NCBI GenBank assembly: GCA_021821045.1
Contig: JAKACW010000015.1
Location: 4,713-68,712, forward strand
Direction of reading: 5' to 3'
Length of the DNA stretch: 64,000 nucleotides
Origin: Pseudomonadota bacterium
Lineage (GTDB): Bacteria; Pseudomonadota; Gammaproteobacteria; JAADHS01
In this document: positions 1 through 9,386 of the stretch, piece by piece
Layout: each line of letters opens with the position of its first letter
Position numbering within the stretch: position 1 is the stretch's first letter
Position numbers and translations under genes: made by a program
Notes under the pieces: model-generated
Told to the model about the DNA's origin: nothing
Databases searched by the model: none
The model's input: only the letters and a program-made list of their open reading frames with translations

Positions 1-261
1 GTTCTCGGCGGAAGCGATGGCACCGAGGCGATCGAGGCATTGCAGCTTTTCGGCAAAGGTTGCGCTCTCGGCAAGCGGCTCCCCTTTCAAGACGAGCAAA
101 CCGGGAAGCACGCGCTCACCCAGCGTGTCTTGGAGCTTGATGAAGCGGTATGCGAGTTGATTGAGCAACCGGCGTTGTTCGGAGGTGAGGCGCGTAACGG
201 TCTCAGCGATGAATGAACGGGATCGTTCAATTGCAGCGAGCGCCTTGGCAAGCAAGCCCAC
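1..261 (-). CDS. Nucleotidyltransferase substrate-binding (HI0074-like, HEPN-type) protein. It is partial because its 3' end runs off the window start
   Basis: Reverse-strand translation of 1-261 reads ...GLLAKALAAIERSRSFIAETVTRLTSEQRRLLNQLAYRFIKLQDTLGERV.... The in-frame GTG at 261 sits 59 nt downstream of the MNT stop. The order MNT then substrate-binding protein matches HI0073/HI0074 modules. The reading frame was derived by hand. Confidence 0.5.
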   Translation of the reverse strand, partial: MGLLAKALAAIERSRSFIAETVTRLTSEQRRLLNQLAYRFIKLQDTLGERVLPGLLVLKGEPLAESATFAEKLQCLDRLGAIASAEN

Positions 262-319
262 ATGTATCTTGCACTCGGCAATGCTGCACGCGGTTTCTCG
301 ATAACGCTCGCAGCTGGAT

Positions 320-580
320 TCATTCTCGCAGGGCGACTTCGTGAATAAGCAATTTGGCTCCAGAACCGGCCGACAGCACCACCAAATCGATTTTCTCCTC
401 GTCGAACTCGACTGTGCCGTGCAAGCGCGCAAGGCAGTGAAGCTTTCGGTCGATGACTAAATCCGGATCCGCGATTGACGTCGTCACCAAGAAATCATGG
501 TCGCCCCCGCGCCGGCTGTCATCGACGCGCGAGCCAAACACGAACACCTCGGCGTCGGAACCGAATACCTCCTTCACCAC
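320..580 (-). CDS. Minimal nucleotidyltransferase (MNT, HI0073-like antitoxin-type)
   Basis: The 86-aa ORF carries the GS-x-R-x-G...D-x-D NTase signature (VFVFGSRVDDSRRGGDHDF). The true start may be the in-frame CTG at 610. Confidence 0.6.
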   Translation of the reverse strand: MVKEVFGSDAEVFVFGSRVDDSRRGGDHDFLVTTSIADPDLVIDRKLHCLARLHGTVEFDEEKIDLVVLSAGSGAKLLIHEVALRE

Positions 581-610
581 GGCTTTGACAACACGCTTTT
601 TGCGCTTCAG

Positions 611-952
611 TTAAACGCACCGATCGCCCCCCGGTAGCCACTCACGATCAACATTACATCCAAGATATATCCGCACGAACAACCGCGAGAATTGCATCAC
701 GAAAAAGGATGATGTCGCCAAGGTGATCGCGCAAAATCGCGACAACGATATCCACATCGACGTCAGCGTACTGTAAGCAAGCCGCTTTGACCTAGCACTT
801 CGTAGGTGTTGGCATAACTGGTCGCGACGGGGAGGTTGCGGGCCGCGAAACTCGTCGAGCTGAGCAAGAAACGTGTCAAGCTCGGAAAGCTTACGAAGGA
901 CCAAGTCCGAATCAACCAACACCGTATCTCCGTTGAAGAATTGCGCGCTCAA
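611..952 (-). pseudogene. HepT-like HEPN toxin remnant with frameshifts and an internal deletion
   Basis: A HepT-like N-terminus (DLVLRKLSELDTFLAQLDEFRG) is in one frame. A middle segment (PVATSYANTYEVLGQSGLL) is in a second frame and ends in a stop. A typical HepT C-terminus (VDVDIVVAILRDHLGDIILFRDAILAVVRADI) is in a third frame. About 20 residues and the conserved R-x4-H-x-Y region are missing compared with the expected ~135 aa. Confidence 0.5.
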
Positions 953-1346
953 GATACCTGAAATCGAAAAACATCCGCCGCGTCAGGGACTCATACTCAT
1001 AACGCCGCGAAGGATCCCGATCGACCAATACCTTGGCGTCGGCCAGCACGCGCCCCGCCAACGAGAGAGGCGCGGTATTCAGAACGACGATGTCGACGGC
1101 ATCCGACGCCAAAAACGTGCCCAGCTCCGCCGCCAAATTGGCCTTCACCTCGCCGTGGGAAACGTGCTCGTCCAGAAAAACGGCGATGTCCAGATCACTC
1201 AGCGGCGTTACCCTGCCGCGGGCCACGCCACCGAACACATACGCAAACACGACCGATGGATTCCGCTCGATAAGCCGCCCCACCGCAGGCAGGCGGTCGA
1301 CAACATCAGTCGGCAACGGCGTATCGACATGTCGCATCGGCAGCAA
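912..1346 (-). CDS. MntA-type nucleotidyltransferase, the antitoxin partner of HepT
   Basis: The 144-aa ORF has FGGVARGRVTPLSDLDIAVF (GS...S-D-x-D motif). It overlaps the downstream HepT remnant by 41 nt, as is typical of mntA-hepT pairs. Confidence 0.65.
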   Translation of the reverse strand: MLPMRHVDTPLPTDVVDRLPAVGRLIERNPSVVFAYVFGGVARGRVTPLSDLDIAVFLDEHVSHGEVKANLAAELGTFLASDAVDIVVLNTAPLSLAGRVLADAKVLVDRDPSRRYEYESLTRRMFFDFRYLERAILQRRYGVG

Positions 1347-1653
1347 CCCCTCGAACTGGTGAACCGAATTCTACCACGGCCGGCGTGCGGGCTACTCACT
1401 CAGGAACCCCCCTCCCCAGCAGCCACTCGGTAGCCGTAACCACATTCTTATCCTGCACCGCACCCACAACCCCGGGCTCATCCAGGGTAATCAACAGTCG
1501 CTTCGCCCGCGAGCGATCACTGCCCGCTTCGTCCGACGCCCGGATTTACCATCCGAAGGACAATTGGCGTAACTCGCGCAAGAGCTGGATGGGCGCGCCG
1601 ACGGAAACCGAGCGCCAAGGCTAACCGACCGTCTGCAAAATGGCTTACTCAAA

Positions 1654-2787
1654 CTAAAACGGCGCTCGAGGATCATCGAGCGTAAAGTCAAAGAAATCGT
1701 CCAACCTGGGTCGCGGCGGCACTCGGTATTCTTTCAGCCAAGCTTTCAGGCGCTGCGGATTCTGAAAATCCTGGATGTCATGCTGCAAAGCGGCAATACT
1801 TTCTTTCAGCCCCCGGATGTCATCACGCAGGCAGGTCATCAACAGCGCGGGTGTTGGGCGCGTGTACGGAGGCATGTCCAGCCTGGCCATGACGGGCCAC
1901 ACGATGGCGTCGATCTCGCTTTGCAACTCTTTGCACTGCTCATTCAAAATCTTGTTGTAGTGAACGAGGCGCTCTTCCGGAAGGCGGTCGACGCGCGATT
2001 GATCAACTTGCTCGACTTCCAACTGCAGTTCCAGAAGCTGTAACAAGTCCTTCTTGTTGTAGGCGACGTTCACCCGCTGCATCAGTTCGGTCTTGCGTTG
2101 GCGCTGCGCTTCGTCCCGCTCGCGATCCGGGTGCAGCACCGCGGCGAGTTTGCGGTAGACCTCCTGAATGGACTTGCGGATGTTCAAGGCCTCGGCTTCC
2201 TGCCGCTGCTCTCGCTCCAACTGTTTGGGTGATTTCTTGCGCTTGGCCCTGCGCGATTCGGCTCTTGCCCGCTCTTCGTCGAGCCGTTGCTGGGCATATG
2301 CGCGCACTTGTTCGGGATCGTTAACGTCAAGCTCGTCCGGAAACTCGATACCAAACATGTCCTCCATCATGACTTTGGCCATGTCGCCGGCGACTTCGTT
2401 TTTCTCATCGAAGGTCACGTCGCTGTATTTATCGTGTAGCGCCTTGAGCGCGGCATCGTCCCTTCGCCCAAGAAGTTCATCCACCAGCGTGCAGATCAGG
2501 TGGCGCAGCTTGGTCTTGTCGCGCTTCTTGAACAGTTTGTTGTCATGGGCATGATCCAGCAAGTAGGCGAAGTCTTTCCGCTGCGCATCGAACGCTTCCA
2601 TCAGGGGCATATAGTCAGCCGCCACGGCGCGGTCGTAAGCGGATACCCCCTCCTGCCATTCGCGCAGTTGTTGCTTAAGCGCATCGATCTTTTTGGTCAG
2701 CTGATTAAAACGCCGTTGACCTTTGGATGGCGACGCACGCGGCGGTACCGGTGGGGTGAGTTCAAATTGAGTATTGGATTGGGTCAT
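1654..2787 (-). CDS. J-domain (DnaJ-like) protein
   Basis: The sequence has the HPD tripeptide in J-domain context (VYRKLAAVLHPDRERDEAQRQRKTELMQRVNVAYNKKDLL). The start was moved to the ATG at 2787, which is preceded by GGAG. Confidence 0.7.
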   Translation of the reverse strand: MTQSNTQFELTPPVPPRASPSKGQRRFNQLTKKIDALKQQLREWQEGVSAYDRAVAADYMPLMEAFDAQRKDFAYLLDHAHDNKLFKKRDKTKLRHLICTLVDELLGRRDDAALKALHDKYSDVTFDEKNEVAGDMAKVMMEDMFGIEFPDELDVNDPEQVRAYAQQRLDEERARAESRRAKRKKSPKQLEREQRQEAEALNIRKSIQEVYRKLAAVLHPDRERDEAQRQRKTELMQRVNVAYNKKDLLQLLELQLEVEQVDQSRVDRLPEERLVHYNKILNEQCKELQSEIDAIVWPVMARLDMPPYTRPTPALLMTCLRDDIRGLKESIAALQHDIQDFQNPQRLKAWLKEYRVPPRPRLDDFFDFTLDDPRAPF

Positions 2788-3180
2788 AACGTTCTCCGCC
2801 TGCGCATATGATAGAACACACATCAAACCAACTCCATAAGATCTCTCAGCCGCACGGCCTTAACGATTCGTGTCGGGGCGCTGTTGGGCGGCTTGATTTT
2901 GGGATCTCATGGAGCGGTTAATTTACAAGTTATGATAAGAATCGCGCGGACAAACATTCATTGCGTCAGATGGTTATAAAATAACCGCCTCATAGTTTTG
3001 ACGAGGAAATTCAGGGATAGATCTTCGTCGGAATCCGGGGACCAGCATGCGAGGCACAGTCGACGGAGCAATCGGGGCTAAAGCCTCTCCTACAGCAAAG
3101 GCGCGGCGGGATCGCGGATGCGCATGGTCGCCAAAGGGTGGGATGTTCGTAGATCCGGCCGCGGTTTGAACCGGGGCCAA

Positions 3181-3224
3181 GAATTCTTCGGGCGAAGAAT
3201 CGCGAAAGGAATTCGCTCCCACAG
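3181..3224. repeat. REP-like palindromic element (hairpin ttcttcgggcgaagaa plus unit GAATCGCGAAAGGAATTCGCTCCCACA)
   Basis: The same unit recurs in inverted form at 14352-14378. It is a member of the GCTCCCAC-terminated family listed below. Confidence 0.5.
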
Positions 3225-3246
3225 GAGCTATGGTCACCGGACGGGT

Positions 3247-4854
3247 CTACCCCCCAATCGTCCCATTAACAATCGGCTCAAACGCCGTCAGGCTATCGAT
3301 CGACGCCGCGTTTCCGAGCCCGTGATTCGGGAACAATGCCCCGAGCTGGCCTTGCTCGCCGTGCAGCGCGAGGTAGTTGAGAACGACCGTTTCGACCAGC
3401 AGGTTGACGTTGTTCGCCGCCGGGGTGGCGGAAGTTTCGACGGAGGCATCGGCCCGCATGTAGCCGATTTGTTGGTGGCGAGCTTGTTCGTCGGCGGTGG
3501 CGCCGATGAGGGTCGGCCGGCCGGCGGGATTGTAGACGAGGAAGAACGATGCCGCCGTTTCCGAGCTGTCGCCGGTCCACACGCCTTTACCGCGCCCGTT
3601 CGCGGAGTCATCGATCATGCCATTGCTGAACACCGAGCCGTCGCTGAGCACGTACACCATCAGCGGGACACCAAGACGGGCGGCGTACTCCAGACAGGCG
3701 CCGATGCAGCGGCCGGCGCGCAAATCGCGAGTCTCTCCGGCCGAACGATCGCCGGTGTGGTAGTCGTAGCCGCCCATGGTGATGGTGCCGGCGCCGGCGA
3801 AACCGTTGACCACGAGCTTCATTACGGAAGCGGTTTTGGCGAATTCGCCGTCGCTGGTCAGATCCGTCGCTGTGAAAATGGGCGCAACAGCACCACCGCC
3901 GAGGATGTTAGCGTCGATCGACGGATTCAACGTGGTCGGATCACCGTAACGATCCACCAGGTCCGCGGCCTTGACGTAGCCGCAGCGCACCAGGTCTTTC
4001 ACCACCGCGTCCGTGGCGAGTTGAGTGTCAATGCGGCCCATCCGTTGGTTGCTCACACGCTGAATGGACTCCATTACCGCCACCGCGTCCGCCTGGCTTA
4101 ATAGTCCGACGAGTCGTCCGGTGTCGACCAGACCCGTGACGTCGCTCGGACGGTCCACTTTGGTCGGGCGCACTTCCAGATTGATCATCGCGGCTGGCGC
4201 CATGGAGTTGCCGCCCGAATCCGAACTCCGCGAACCGATCAACGTCAGCAGCTCGCCATCGGCCCCCGCTCTGTTGATACCGTACATAGGATTGTGCGGG
4301 TTGTTGCCGGTGTCGTTATCCGAGCGCGCGGGGATTACGGCGCCGTTGATGTTGGCCGCCGTAGTCAGCGAAACCTTTTCCAGAATGCCGCGCAAAAATG
4401 CGCTGTCGGAATGGAAGGAAAGGCCAAGGCTACTATTGATGAAATCGCTGGTACCGGTTTGCGGATTGACTACCGAGGGAATCATGTCGCCCGGCAGTCC
4501 CAGTTTGTTGTAGCCTGCGGTGGAGAGAAAATCCAACTGCCCACCTTGCTTGCCCACCAGCACATTGGAGCCCGCGATGTTGGCGCCACCTGCCAGGTCG
4601 AAGCAAATGAAGGGAATCTTGCCGGCGCCCTGGGTGGCGATGCCGCATGCGGTTTTGAGTGCTTGCATGTCGGCCGACACGGCCGAGAATGCGGCGCGGG
4701 GATTGGCAAATAGTCCGAATATGGAGGGCGCGGCAACAACGCCAAGGCCTTTCAAGAACCCTTGCGCAAGGAAATCGCGGCGCGTAACAGGGCGCTTGTG
4801 CTCCAAATGGCGCAGCGGTTCATCCGGTGACAATGTGCCTTGCTTCTTTGCCAT
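3247..4854 (-). CDS. Tat-exported protein of unknown function (535 aa)
   Basis: The N-terminus has a twin-arginine motif followed by a hydrophobic stretch (VTRRDFLAQGFLKGLGVVAAPSIFG). It is co-directional with and immediately downstream of the two heme-protein genes. I could not assign a family by eye. Confidence 0.75.
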   Translation of the reverse strand: MAKKQGTLSPDEPLRHLEHKRPVTRRDFLAQGFLKGLGVVAAPSIFGLFANPRAAFSAVSADMQALKTACGIATQGAGKIPFICFDLAGGANIAGSNVLVGKQGGQLDFLSTAGYNKLGLPGDMIPSVVNPQTGTSDFINSSLGLSFHSDSAFLRGILEKVSLTTAANINGAVIPARSDNDTGNNPHNPMYGINRAGADGELLTLIGSRSSDSGGNSMAPAAMINLEVRPTKVDRPSDVTGLVDTGRLVGLLSQADAVAVMESIQRVSNQRMGRIDTQLATDAVVKDLVRCGYVKAADLVDRYGDPTTLNPSIDANILGGGAVAPIFTATDLTSDGEFAKTASVMKLVVNGFAGAGTITMGGYDYHTGDRSAGETRDLRAGRCIGACLEYAARLGVPLMVYVLSDGSVFSNGMIDDSANGRGKGVWTGDSSETAASFFLVYNPAGRPTLIGATADEQARHQQIGYMRADASVETSATPAANNVNLLVETVVLNYLALHGEQGQLGALFPNHGLGNAASIDSLTAFEPIVNGTIGG

Positions 4855-4868
4855 AGCTAACCTCGTTT

Positions 4869-4972
4869 ATCGCGGATGAATCCGCTCCTACTTTCGGGTG
4901 CCGCGAGACTGTGGGAGCGGTTTCCTACCGCGATTCTTCGCCAAGTCGATCGCGGAATGATCCGCTCCCACA
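4869..4972. repeat. REP cluster of three units in alternating orientation
   Basis: The units are atcgcggatgaatccgctcctac (4869-4891), tgtgggagcggtttcctaccgcgat (4910-4934) and atcgcggaatgatccgctcccaca (4948-4971). The composite ccgcgattcttcgccaagtcRatcgcggaatgatccgctcccac is repeated at 25665-25709. Confidence 0.6.
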
Positions 4973-4986
4973 ATGTCGATCCACAG

Positions 4987-7563
4987 TTACTGCATTAAGA
5001 TGCCCGCACTACCCAACGTCGCCGAGCACATTGCCTTCACGATGGTGCGCGTGCGTGTTTGGTCGCAGCCGGTCGGGCAACTCGCCGTCAATCGGTCAAA
5101 CAAATTGGTAATGTTGTAATTTGTTCCGAGCACGTTGTACGTCGTCGCGCCGGGTCCGATCAGTTCTGCTTTGACCTCCGCCAACGTCGGCATATCAGCC
5201 AACGCCGCGCCGCTACCCGGCAACCCGAGCACCTTGTCGTACAGCGCATTGACGATCTGATTCTTCGCCGCCGTGTCGCCCGAACCGAACGCCGTCGCCA
5301 CATCGGAGGTGAAGCCGAAGGCGCCGAAGAAGTTTGTGCGCAGGGTCGCGTCTTCCACCATGGCGTCACAGTAGCTGATGGCCAGTTGCGTCACCGCCAT
5401 TTGATGGGCGGACAAGAAGCCTTCAATGTTCTCCACCGTCGGCAGTTGTTGCTTGATGGTGGTGAACGTGGTATCGACGTCGGCGTTAGTCGTGCTCACA
5501 CCGGTGATCTGCGACATCGATGCATTGATTTCATCGAAGGTGCGCATGCCGATATCGGATACCGGATCCAGATCAACCGCCGGCGCCGCGGTCAACGTCG
5601 ACTCTTCGGTCACCACATTGACGTTCGCGCCCAACGTTTCGAAGGTCAGGAAAAACTCGTCCTGATCCGCGCCCTTTTCCTTGGCGATCACGGTGCCCAA
5701 CGTCGACAGAACTTGCCCGCTGCTCGTGTACACGGCATCGCTGATCACGGTATCCAAGTTGCGGTAGGCCTGGCCGATACTTGCTTCCTTGCCGTTGATG
5801 CCAATACGCATGGCCTTGACGGGAATGCTGGCACCGGGCGAGGCCAACGGATCCAGGATGATGAACGTCGGCCTATAGAACAAGTAACCGTAACTGTCGA
5901 ACTCGCTCACTTCGAGATAGACATAGCTGTCGGGAATACCAATCAGATCGCTGACGCTGAACAGCAGGAAGAATTTCTCGCCCACGCCCACTTCGAAGTT
6001 CTGTTGAATCTGCTCGGCGGTCAGCGCGCGGCTGTGAATCGCGACCAGGCGCAGTTTGCCTTGCCATTGCCGGTCGTTGGACACTTCATTGCCGAGAACA
6101 AAGGCAAACGTGTCATCCCAATCGTTGAGATTCCCGCCCACTTGCGGGTCCAGGTCGCCGGTATATTCGCCGTTGACGTAAATCTTGCGGCCGCCGACGG
6201 CATCGAAGGTGACAACCACATGTTGTTGCGTCGCCTGCAGCCGTTCGTCCGCATCGGCGGTGGACAACGCCGGCATGCCGTTCGCGTCCGTCGAGCTGGA
6301 GCGATTCTGGAACACGTAGTTGTACTGCACCTGCCCCAGGGTAAAGTTGCGCGTCGTCGTTCCGCCGGAGTAGCTGATGATGCCGGCCGGCCCTTCTTGG
6401 GTGACGTTGCCCGGCACCACCCACGCTTCGATGGAGTATTCGCCGGTGGCTTGAATATGCTCGATGAGTTTGCGGCTCGACGCGGTCGAGGCCTGCGCTT
6501 TGCCGCTGATGAACTCGATACCCCAGCCGCCGACCCAACGGTAGTTGATGTCTTCCGTTCCCGAAAGGTTCAGGTGCATGGCCGGTTCGATGCCGCTGGT
6601 GTCATAGGCCGTCGAACCGGAGCCGGTTTTGAACTCCCACTTGGCGATGAGGTTGGCTTCATGGCGGCTGCCGCCGGCGGCGACGATGCCGTCAGTCAGC
6701 AGCAGCGCTTTGCTCACCACCAACTGCGGATCGATGGTCGTCAGCGGAATACCGGCGGCGAAGGCTTCAATGGCGGCCTGCATGGTATTCGCATCGGCGG
6801 CGCAATCACCGCTCCAGCAATTGTGAAACTCCTCACGCAAGCGCACCACGAGACGGGAGTTAGCAGGCGTATCCAAATCGATCTTGCGGCTGGCGCGGAC
6901 GGCTTCGTATGCCGAGTCCGCGTCGGCATTGGCGAAGAACGGCGCCTGCGGCACTTGCGCCGAGTCGGTGTGGCAGCCTGAGCAACGCGCGATCAAAATC
7001 GGATGAACCGTCGCCGCGAACGACGCCGAGTCAGCCGGGAAGTTGCGGCTCGATCCCGGATCCTTGATCACCGGCGCTTCGAGTTCGATGGTTGTGGTCG
7101 CGGACTCCACGGTGCCGCCGGCCCAAGCGGAGATGTAGGCCGCCATCACTGCGCCGCACGCGCTGTCGCTATCCAACCAGCAGTTGTGGCCGGCGGCCAC
7201 CTTGGTCACCAAACGAGAATCGGACGGCGACTGCAAACTCACCAGATTGATCGCTTCGCTGTAAGCGAGATTGACGTCATCGTCGCGGGCGAACATCGGC
7301 GACTGACCGCCCGCGCCATGGCATCCGCCGCAGCGGTTGGTGGGCTTGATGTTCTCCCATAAGTTGGTCATGAACGCCTGGACATCGCCGGTGGCCGGCG
7401 CGGCGCCGGTATAGGACCGCACGGTGCTGGCGGTCGGCGGGTTGGTCGCCGTCGGCACACTTTCAAGACATCCCGCCAGAAACAGCGCCATCGCAACAAG
7501 GGCAATCCATCCACGCACGCGGCCGACCATAGCAAACACGGTACTGAGCTGATTTGCGTGCAT
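4987..7563 (-). CDS. Lipoprotein with two CxxCH heme-binding motifs and a LamG/concanavalin-like domain (858 aa)
   Basis: It has a lipobox signal (LFLAGC) and the motifs CGGCHGAGG and CSGCHTDS. The LamG-like segment reads FTLGQVQYNYVF...KIYVNGEYTGDL...QGKLRLVAIHSRALTAEQIQQNFEVG. Confidence 0.75.
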   Translation of the reverse strand: MHANQLSTVFAMVGRVRGWIALVAMALFLAGCLESVPTATNPPTASTVRSYTGAAPATGDVQAFMTNLWENIKPTNRCGGCHGAGGQSPMFARDDDVNLAYSEAINLVSLQSPSDSRLVTKVAAGHNCWLDSDSACGAVMAAYISAWAGGTVESATTTIELEAPVIKDPGSSRNFPADSASFAATVHPILIARCSGCHTDSAQVPQAPFFANADADSAYEAVRASRKIDLDTPANSRLVVRLREEFHNCWSGDCAADANTMQAAIEAFAAGIPLTTIDPQLVVSKALLLTDGIVAAGGSRHEANLIAKWEFKTGSGSTAYDTSGIEPAMHLNLSGTEDINYRWVGGWGIEFISGKAQASTASSRKLIEHIQATGEYSIEAWVVPGNVTQEGPAGIISYSGGTTTRNFTLGQVQYNYVFQNRSSSTDANGMPALSTADADERLQATQQHVVVTFDAVGGRKIYVNGEYTGDLDPQVGGNLNDWDDTFAFVLGNEVSNDRQWQGKLRLVAIHSRALTAEQIQQNFEVGVGEKFFLLFSVSDLIGIPDSYVYLEVSEFDSYGYLFYRPTFIILDPLASPGASIPVKAMRIGINGKEASIGQAYRNLDTVISDAVYTSSGQVLSTLGTVIAKEKGADQDEFFLTFETLGANVNVVTEESTLTAAPAVDLDPVSDIGMRTFDEINASMSQITGVSTTNADVDTTFTTIKQQLPTVENIEGFLSAHQMAVTQLAISYCDAMVEDATLRTNFFGAFGFTSDVATAFGSGDTAAKNQIVNALYDKVLGLPGSGAALADMPTLAEVKAELIGPGATTYNVLGTNYNITNLFDRLTASCPTGCDQTRTRTIVKAMCSATLGSAGILMQ

Positions 7564-7567
7564 AGGA

Positions 7568-8791
7568 TCAATTTCCCTTGCAGTACGCGGCGCTCTCGGC
7601 GAACACCTGCTTCATGTTGTAGTTGCTGGCTTTGAAGGACGTCGTCATGGCGTCGATTTGAGCGCGATCCGCCGCATCGACGGGCGTGCGCAAGCAGACG
7701 GTCTTGAAGACCTTTTTAACTTGGCACTGGGCAAAGGCTTCGCTCTCGGCCAGCTCGACACCTAACGACGCTGCGCCATTGCCGCCGCCGCTCAAGCCGC
7801 GATTGTTGGTGTCCCATCCCAGGTAGGCGTTGGGCCCGACCCGCCAATAGTTATCCCAGCGGTCGTCGGGAGTGACGTAGCCATATTGGAAGACGTCGGC
7901 GTTGATGTGGTACTTCGCCTGTACGCGCGTGCCGGTGGCCGGGTCGACGGTGCCCGCGCCGTTGTAGACGATCCGTCCGGCGGTTTCGTCATAGTTGTAA
8001 TAGGCGAAGGCTTGCGCCATGGGATCCATGCCGGCATGGCACCCAAGGCAAGAGTTGAGATAGATTCGGCTGTCGCCGCCGGGGCTGCGCGACACGTCCT
8101 GGCGGATGCGATCCGGCGCGCGCGTTACGTCCTTCACCTGCTCCAGGTCGTTGCACAGATGGTTCATCAGCGTGAAGCGAAACATGGCTCGATTGGTGCC
8201 GGCGACGAAGAACGCCTCAGCGGCGGCTCGCGTCGTCATCACGCCGGCGATAGCCGCGGCCGGAAGATCGGTCACCGCCGTTTGGGTGGTCGCGACGAGG
8301 CCGGTCTTGAGATCGACGCCCTGGCTCTCCATCTGCTCGTAGTGATTATTGTTGGTCATGGAGTAGGCAGGCAGGCCGAGGTTCGACGCACCCACGTAAA
8401 GAATGTCGGCCGAGAGCAGCGTATTGAACGGCACCTCGTCTCGGACCATGCCGATCACGGTGGCGGTGTAGTCATTGAGGGGGGCGAACGCCGTTTGGTC
8501 CTCATTGGTCCACGGCGTCACCATGTTCTTGAGGGTGACGCTGTAGAACGCGCTGTTGTCCATCGCACGATCGGCCGCCGCAATGTAGCCGCCCGGGCCG
8601 GCGATATCGGCAACCATCAGATCCAGAACCGATTCGGTGGGCGGCACACCGGCGATGCGATCGTGGATGCGCTTGGCTTGCTCGCGCGGACCGGCCTGGG
8701 TCGCCGTAGCAAGGGCCAACCCAAGGCAACCCGCAACCAGCGCGGTGCCGGCGCGGCGGAGTCGAGGCTTTATATATATAGGTATGCGCAT
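7568..8791 (-). CDS. Exported c-type-heme protein with one CxxCH motif (about 407 aa)
   Basis: It has a signal peptide (RRAGTALVAGCLGLALATATQA) and a CLGCHAG motif. The start was set to the ATG at 8791 (MRIPIYIKP). The gene lies 4 nt upstream of the 858-aa gene, so the two are probably an operon. Confidence 0.7.
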   Translation of the reverse strand: MRIPIYIKPRLRRAGTALVAGCLGLALATATQAGPREQAKRIHDRIAGVPPTESVLDLMVADIAGPGGYIAAADRAMDNSAFYSVTLKNMVTPWTNEDQTAFAPLNDYTATVIGMVRDEVPFNTLLSADILYVGASNLGLPAYSMTNNNHYEQMESQGVDLKTGLVATTQTAVTDLPAAAIAGVMTTRAAAEAFFVAGTNRAMFRFTLMNHLCNDLEQVKDVTRAPDRIRQDVSRSPGGDSRIYLNSCLGCHAGMDPMAQAFAYYNYDETAGRIVYNGAGTVDPATGTRVQAKYHINADVFQYGYVTPDDRWDNYWRVGPNAYLGWDTNNRGLSGGGNGAASLGVELAESEAFAQCQVKKVFKTVCLRTPVDAADRAQIDAMTTSFKASNYNMKQVFAESAAYCKGN

Positions 8792-9386
8792 AGCCCTACC
8801 GTTTCTTCTTGTGGTCGCGGCCGTGTCGTCATGACACCGGCGTCGCGAGTCGACCCGTGCGCATCCGTGCAAAAAGATATATGGAATCAGTATGTTATAA
8901 ATCTGCTGCCGACAATCATGGGCAACAGGCGACGGCTACAAGGTTGTCGAGCCGGCGTACGGAAACTCTAGTGCTTGGGGGTCTGCTGATTGTTGATTCA
9001 CTTCACAGCCCTATGTTTTTATTGTCGGCCGTTCGTTCTTTTGCGCACTGGAGCCCGCTTTTGAGGACGGGCGCCATCTTAGCAAGCGCTTTTTATCAAT
9101 ATTATTCTGGATACTACGGATTCGGCCCTGCAAATTGTGTGACGCAGTTCACACTTTTCCATATTCCCATCTATTCGTGATGGGACTCTCTGAAACAGCC
9201 GTACCAGCGGCCCACACTATCCCTCGCTCAGGCAAATACTAAAAATTCGCCCTAATCCACGCCATGACTTAAGGATATATCCATCGATGCCGACTACAGC
9301 TTCAAGTGCAGGGAAAGCACTCAATATCAATAGGGACAGCATCATGACGGCTTGCCATCGCAGCCGCGGTCACCAAGGCCAATAAC

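Noticed and set aside
611-952. The 113-aa ORF as an intact HepT gene
   Set aside because: Only the first ~37 residues match HepT. The rest of that frame is non-homologous, while HepT-like middle and C-terminal segments are in the other two frames. It was called a pseudogene instead.
3118-4101. A 327-aa plus-strand ORF, and similar long ORFs at 7886-8971, 10386-11216, 14874-15827, 44973-45950, 45944-46939, 50466-51482 and 52041-52925
   Set aside because: All lie antisense to confidently identified genes (the Tat protein, the heme proteins, the DUF3570-like protein, mnmC, sat and pepN). Their R/G/A-rich composition has no recognisable motifs.
4869-4972. A possible CRISPR array suggested by clustered palindromic repeats
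   Set aside because: The units alternate in orientation, have irregular spacing (16-30 nt) and occur as dispersed loci. This is REP/BIME-like and not a direct-repeat array. No cas genes are present.
5059-6981. A 640-aa ORF on the plus strand
   Set aside because: It lies entirely antisense to the 858-aa heme/LamG lipoprotein gene. Its translation is Arg/Ala/Gly-rich and low in complexity, typical of high-GC antisense frames.
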